Virus record (IMG/VR): IMGVR_UViG_3300028805_003982
Length of the DNA: 64,000 nt
Origin: a virus
Lineage: Duplodnaviria > Caudoviricetes
Strand: one strand, 5' to 3'
This document shows, piece by piece, positions 59,196 through 64,000 of the stretch. A program made the position numbers and the translations under genes. Positions within the stretch are counted from its first letter, which is position 1. Every line of letters starts with the position of its first letter. Under the pieces are notes generated by a model, which had not been told where the DNA came from, searched no databases, and saw only the letters and a list, made by a program, of their open reading frames with translations.

Positions 59196-59913
59196 TGAAA
59201 GTACTCGTTTATCTGGAAATGATAATCGACATAAGGTAGAGTTATATAGAAAGAGATTTCTATACAAATATACTATTGCACGTGTTAAACCTAAGAAAAT
59301 AATTCAGATAGCATGTGGTACAGGAGTTCATACTGATTGGTTATGTGAAAATTATCCTGATATAGAGATCTATGCGTCTGATATTATTCCTAAGCACATA
59401 GAACAGTTGAATGATTATCCTAACCTTCATAAACAGGTTTGGGATTGTACTGGTAAACTCCCTGAAGAATATTGGAGTGGTGCAGATCTTGTTATAATTG
59501 AAGGTGCTTGGTATCATACTGAGCATAAAGATCGCGGCAAGATTATCAATAACATCAAAAAGATTAACCCTAAATGTGTTATTATAGATTGGTTATCAGC
59601 TTGGCATGACACTATGCAGAGACTTCTTCAGGATAAAGCTTTACCTGAAGATTTTGCTAAGTCTAGACCTGAATCACCATTTATATTTGAAACTGAATGG
59701 GATTTAGAGTTTATGATTAATGTATTTAATAATGTATATCTCTATCCCGTTGATATGGATCTGAGATTTGGTTTTAGAGACTTGAATGAAGTGGATGATG
59801 AAACATTCCAGAAATTTATCAATATGATGAATTTAACTGTTCAAGTATATGATTCAGACAATATTTATCTTATGAATGCTACTGAGCATGGTTGTTATAT
59901 TATATGGCCATAG
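59161..59913 (+). CDS. Class I SAM-dependent methyltransferase
   Basis: IIQIACGTGVHT, YASDI. Confidence 0.8.
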   Translation: MNVKEFYNNNFDESTRLSGNDNRHKVELYRKRFLYKYTIARVKPKKIIQIACGTGVHTDWLCENYPDIEIYASDIIPKHIEQLNDYPNLHKQVWDCTGKLPEEYWSGADLVIIEGAWYHTEHKDRGKIINNIKKINPKCVIIDWLSAWHDTMQRLLQDKALPEDFAKSRPESPFIFETEWDLEFMINVFNNVYLYPVDMDLRFGFRDLNEVDDETFQKFINMMNLTVQVYDSDNIYLMNATEHGCYIIWP

Positions 59914-60346
59914 GAGATTTCATGTTAATTGATTATGATACACATCTATCAGAAACTTTTTGATAAAGCATATAACCAACTTGCAAAAACGATTTCGCCG
60001 CTGTGATGAGAAAAGTTCCAATCAGACTCAGCAAAAGAAGAAAACTCAGAACCCGCTTTGCTGCGGGTTTTGTTATTTGGGGGGCGTCGAGTAATAAATA
60101 CAAATAATGCAATTTATTGCACAAATAATACAAATATGACGAAAGACTATTTAATAATATAAGGAAATACAAAACCGCAAAGCCTCTGTTTGTCGGGGTT
60201 TGCGGGGAAATTAAACAGAAGGGAGGTGAAAATAGAAAATAAAAAGATATACAAAATAATACGTTTTTAAAAAAACGCTGTTATATTAAAGATAAGAAGT
60301 GTTTTCAGTCCCAGCCCGATAAGGGCATAAGAAATGAGGTGCGATT

Positions 60347-61069
60347 ATGAACAACAAGAAGATTACAGCAATCATATTAGCAGCTATGATGGCAGTTACG
60401 TCTGTAGCGGCACTGTCCGGCTGCGAAGTACATCAGTCTGTTCCCGAGCCTTCCGAGACATCTGTCACAGAGGCAACTGAGAGTTCTGATGTAACAGAGG
60501 CGACTTCCGAATCAGTTACTGATGTAACAGAAGAGTCGGTTATTACTTCAGAGACATCTGTTATGGTAACTGAAGAGACTGAAGCAACGACCGAAGCCAC
60601 AACGGAAGCTACTACCGTACAGACACAGTCTACCACAAGGGCAACGACAGCGCCTACGACCCGGGAGACGGAGAGAAGGGCAACGCCTACTCCCAAACCC
60701 ACAACGGCTCCTAAGCCCACTGAGCACCAGGCAACTTCTACGCCTAAGCCCACAACAGCACCCAAGCCCACATCAACTCCTAAGCCTACGGCAACTCCTA
60801 CGCCCAAGCCTACGAACACACCTACTCCTACTCCTAAGCCTCCCAGGCTCCATGCAACAGCAGACATATACTGGCAGGGATCTTTAATCGAAGACGATGA
60901 CGCCCTCGTTGAAGGTTGGGTTCGCAACGTAACGATTTATCGTAAGGACGAAGACAGCGCTTGGCACTATGATAATTCCATTGCGGACGAGATAGATGCT
61001 CAGAGAATTGCCGCAGGTGCCAGAAACTACAGCGCCGCAATCCGCAACATCCGTGACAAGAGACCTTAA
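60347..61069 (+). CDS. Lipoprotein with Thr/Glu- and Pro/Thr-rich stalk
   Basis: Signal peptide with LSGC lipobox; TPKPT repeats. Confidence 0.85.
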   Translation: MNNKKITAIILAAMMAVTSVAALSGCEVHQSVPEPSETSVTEATESSDVTEATSESVTDVTEESVITSETSVMVTEETEATTEATTEATTVQTQSTTRATTAPTTRETERRATPTPKPTTAPKPTEHQATSTPKPTTAPKPTSTPKPTATPTPKPTNTPTPTPKPPRLHATADIYWQGSLIEDDDALVEGWVRNVTIYRKDEDSAWHYDNSIADEIDAQRIAAGARNYSAAIRNIRDKRP

Positions 61070-61099
61070 ACACTAACTACAGTCCGTTGATACAAACAG

Positions 61100-61128
61100 A
61101 AGAACCTCAGCAATGGGGTTCTTTTGTT
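61100..61128 (+). terminator. Intrinsic terminator
   Basis: aagaacctc-N6-ggggttctttt. Confidence 0.75.
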
Positions 61129-61206
61129 GTAGACATATTTTAAATGTTTATTATTTTATACAATTCGTGGTATAATGTACATAATAATAAACATGGAGAC
61201 ATTGTT

Positions 61207-61512
61207 ATGAATAACAAAAAGCACATATTGATAATGCCCAAAACCTATCGTATTCTTAAGCAGGTCGGGGAGCAGATCAGACTCGCCCGGCTCCGTCGTA
61301 AGATCCCTGCCGGTCTGGTTGCTGAAAGAGCGGGTATCAGCCGTGCTACGGTATGGAAGATTGAGAAGGGTGATTCAACTGTTTCAATGGCAGCTTATGC
61401 AAAGGTTCTGGCTGCAATTGGTTTACAGAACGATCTTCTTCTGATCGCCAAGGACGATGAGCTGGGCAGGATCTTGCAGGATGCCGAATTAGATAAGCGT
61501 AAGAGAGACTGA
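61207..61512 (+). CDS. XRE HTH protein, HipB-like antitoxin type
   Basis: GEQIRLARLRR.....VAERAGISR.T...IEKG...DD.LGR.LQD. Confidence 0.88.
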   Translation: MNNKKHILIMPKTYRILKQVGEQIRLARLRRKIPAGLVAERAGISRATVWKIEKGDSTVSMAAYAKVLAAIGLQNDLLLIAKDDELGRILQDAELDKRKRD

Positions 61513-61683
61513 TGGAAGCTTTCCACCATATTATTTCTCCCCGCGGTGCGGACCTAGAGATTTCTAAGGCAAAAACTCCCGCGCTGTTTTGGTCTCCGCC
61601 GCCTAAAAAGCCTGAACAATCAGGCAATTGTTTATGCGAGTGTTATAATAAAGGTATAGTAGATTCACCAAAGGAGAGGTATT

Positions 61684-62775
61684 ATGCCACTTGTAACAGA
61701 GGGATACTTGTATAATAGGGATTGTGTTGTAGGAGAAATCCGTAATGATGCTGTCGTTCTTACTAACCTTTCTAAGGCTCCTTTGTTCTTTAAGATTAAC
61801 TCTTCTCTTGTTGATTGGCTGGAAACCAGGGTAATAGACGGTACAAGAAGTCATTCCAGGCTCCTTAAAAGAATGAAAGGTCTTGTAGGCAAATCCGATG
61901 CGGAAGTGGCCTTATCCGTTCATGGAGCCACAGTTACCGACGGATACTGGGTCAGATCTAAAGACGAAGATATTACTTATCGGCAGGTTTGTTTTACTTA
62001 TGACTCTCTTTTTGACGTTGCTGCTTACGGAAATACGTCGGTTACCGACACACAGGCTTCCGTAAATACACCGCAGCTTTCTCTTAACGGTTCTCTGGAA
62101 AAAGGTTGGAAGCTTGAGAACGGTCATTGGTGGATCTATAAGACCGAGGGTAATCGTGCTGCGTTTAACGAATGTTTTTGTGAGAGCGTAAGCCGTTTAA
62201 TGTCTGTTAAATCTGCTTTGTATTATCAGACTGAAGCCGGCGTTAAAAGCTTGAACTTTGCCGAACAACATGATTTTGAAGACTTGACCGGCCTCGTAGG
62301 TGATAACTGGACCGATTATTCTTTGACATATAATCTTATATGCAAGGCTTTCGGCGAGGATGCTGGTGCTCAATACCTGGAACTTATCTATTTTGATGCC
62401 GTTGTTTGTAACGGCGACAGGCATTCGGGTAATTTTGGCGTTTTAAGAGACCGAGATACAGGAGCGTTTATGTCTCTGGCTCCTAATTATGACTATGATC
62501 AGACCCTGTTTGGCGATGTTGATAATGCCCCTGTTATTAAGAAGGACGTTATAGAGGATACATTAATAAGGGATTTTTTGGATTGCGTTGAGGGACTCGG
62601 GATATGCTTTCAGCCGACAGTAATCACCCGTGAACAGCTTGAAAAAGAAACCGAGACTCTGTCCGGATTCCAGTTGTATCCGGCAGCTATAGACTTTGTT
62701 CTCAACAGACAGGAACTTCTTCTGGGCAAGTTAAAGGATGTTTGTGACCGTATCGGTGACGGTCGCCGATTTTAA
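61684..62775 (+). CDS. HipA/CtkA-like kinase
   Basis: TDGYW, GSLEKGW, YK, NE, NGDRHSGNFG, APNYD. Confidence 0.88.
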   Translation: MPLVTEGYLYNRDCVVGEIRNDAVVLTNLSKAPLFFKINSSLVDWLETRVIDGTRSHSRLLKRMKGLVGKSDAEVALSVHGATVTDGYWVRSKDEDITYRQVCFTYDSLFDVAAYGNTSVTDTQASVNTPQLSLNGSLEKGWKLENGHWWIYKTEGNRAAFNECFCESVSRLMSVKSALYYQTEAGVKSLNFAEQHDFEDLTGLVGDNWTDYSLTYNLICKAFGEDAGAQYLELIYFDAVVCNGDRHSGNFGVLRDRDTGAFMSLAPNYDYDQTLFGDVDNAPVIKKDVIEDTLIRDFLDCVEGLGICFQPTVITREQLEKETETLSGFQLYPAAIDFVLNRQELLLGKLKDVCDRIGDGRRF

Positions 62776-62917
62776 GAAGCAAAACCGATGTAGATAATAC
62801 AAAGGTATCCGATCATGGGGCCTTTTGTATTGTTATAGCGGTCTTGAACAAATGGGTAAATACCGATAGAGGTGTTATAATACAAATAGATGCGTACCGG
62901 AGGAGGGTTATGTTAAT

Positions 62918-63724
62918 ATGAAAGACTTTTTAGGTGTTGCGCATGACAGTAGACAGTGGAGAGATGTTTCGCCCAGGGCAAATGCGCAAAATCATCTTGT
63001 GTTATACCATGGGTCTGATCATTGTTTGCGCAAGCCTGCCTATAACCATCCTAATGCTCGCGAAGACAACGATTATGGAAAAGGTTTTTACACTACGCAG
63101 GATTTTGACAAAGCTTGCGCGTGGGCGGTTACAATGGGGCACCCGGAGGCTAATGTTGTTAATCGATACCTATTAAATACAGACGGCCTGACGTTTTTTA
63201 ATTTTGCTAACACCGGGATATTGGCATGGTGTGCAGAGATAGTGGCACATCGCGGTGAAAACCTTGAGTCCTTGTCAGAGGGGCCTCAGTTGTTTGTTAA
63301 CAAATATAAAGTAAACACTGAAATGTCGGATGTTATTATCGGGTATCGTGCAGACGACAGTTACATGAGTATTGTTGAAGCATTCTTTGATAATTTGATT
63401 ACCATCGAAGAGATGGAGAGAATGTTTCGTATTGGGGAGCTTGGTGAACAGGTTTTTATCAAGAGTGAAAAGGCTTTTGAAAATCTTATTTTTGACGGAT
63501 ATACAGATCAGATAAACAATGTGGAACAATATCTTTTAGAAGATTCTACTAATCGTTCAAAGGCAGAGACTTGGTTAAAAAAACGCAGGACTCAAATCTT
63601 TTCAGGTTTTTCTCCTCAAGGCATTACGGCATCAATGTGCATTCAGAATAATTATGTGTTTAATACGGAGTATGGTTTTTACGAAATGAAGCCGTTTGAT
63701 ACGCCGGGACGTGATGATATGTGA
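62918..63724 (+). CDS. DUF3990-family protein (ADP-ribosyltransferase-like fold)
   Basis: LYHGS, NDYGKGFYTT, A..WA, D.IIGYRADDSY, LGEQ...KS.KAF. Confidence 0.85.
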   Translation: MKDFLGVAHDSRQWRDVSPRANAQNHLVLYHGSDHCLRKPAYNHPNAREDNDYGKGFYTTQDFDKACAWAVTMGHPEANVVNRYLLNTDGLTFFNFANTGILAWCAEIVAHRGENLESLSEGPQLFVNKYKVNTEMSDVIIGYRADDSYMSIVEAFFDNLITIEEMERMFRIGELGEQVFIKSEKAFENLIFDGYTDQINNVEQYLLEDSTNRSKAETWLKKRRTQIFSGFSPQGITASMCIQNNYVFNTEYGFYEMKPFDTPGRDDM

Positions 63725-63733
63725 GGCATTTTT

Positions 63734-64000
63734 ATGGGACTTAATAACAACAAGTGTAAAAACGCAGCGTATATAAGAGAGTACCTGCCTTATGTGCAGC
63801 AATCTTTTTACTATATGCTTTATTTAGCGGAAGAAGAGAAGCGGTATGATCCTGTTTCAGTTTTACAAGCGTTTATGAAAACTTCCGAAAAGGCTGATTA
63901 TATCAGCCGTGGGAATCCAAGAGGGTTGAATGCTACTGGGAAACAGTTATATAACAGTATCGATTTTACTAAATGTAGGCCCTACGCCAAAGAGCGATCC
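63734..64000 (+). CDS. Partner gene of DUF3990, truncated by the window end
   Basis: Open frame MGLNNNK...GNP....TG.QL to the window end. Confidence 0.55.
   Translation, partial: MGLNNNKCKNAAYIREYLPYVQQSFYYMLYLAEEEKRYDPVSVLQAFMKTSEKADYISRGNPRGLNATGKQLYNSIDFTKCRPYAKERS

Larger units (their letters stand above)
1..64000. mobile_element. Interior of a large Bacillota mobile element (conjugative megaplasmid / ICE / phage-plasmid); boundaries lie outside the window
   Basis: Integrase and xis, ArdC, DUF3991-toprim, PcfJ, topo IA, SNF2 and UvrD helicases, many small hypotheticals, strong strand bias, no housekeeping operons, AGGAGG-type RBSs. Confidence 0.85.

Noticed and set aside
60640-60845. 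Tandem DNA repeats
   Set aside because: They encode the TPKPT stalk of a lipoprotein and vary at synonymous positions
61512-61715. 67-aa ORF as a HipA N-terminal partner
   Set aside because: No recognisable motif, and it spans the apparent promoter of the kinase gene
1-64000. CRISPR array, rRNA or tRNA genes
   Set aside because: No regularly spaced repeat-spacer run and no complete cloverleaf or rRNA-like sequence was seen

Overview
The whole 64-kb window looks like the interior of one large mobile element (conjugative megaplasmid, ICE or phage-plasmid) from a Bacillota host, probably Clostridia. No rRNA, tRNA, CRISPR array, virion gene, relaxase or T4SS gene is visible. Most genes lie on the + strand. 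Layout: 0-7 kb is a phage-like run of small ORFs with repeated junction motifs, followed by thyA. 8-24 kb holds small hypotheticals, a phosphoesterase, an att-like repeat region, an AAA ATPase, UvrD, DUF2786 and PcfJ genes. 24.6-29.1 kb is a minus-strand XRE-xis-integrase-Lon-like AAA block, divergent from a sigma-70 factor. 33-37 kb encodes a lipoprotein, a phosphoesterase and a HipA-like kinase, followed by an 870-bp AT-rich gap with a MOBP-type nic-like motif. 38-58 kb encodes a WGR-PARP, topoisomerase IA, SNF2 helicase, a degenerate DEDDh nuclease, Mrr-like, toprim and ArdC proteins. An AT-rich radical SAM plus methyltransferase insert, a second HipA-like kinase and a DUF3990 ART-like gene close the window. 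The strongest leads are: (1) six promoters share an AAAC-N3-GGTA-N2-AC box exactly 22 bp upstream of an extended -10, suggesting an element-specific regulon; (2) about a quarter of the proteins end in a short polar tail with terminal Leu, a candidate shared translocation or degradation tag; (3) a full-architecture PARP sits among other protein-modifying enzymes; (4) a modular small-gene array appears to be shuffled by microhomology. All family calls come from motifs recognised by eye; no database searches were run.
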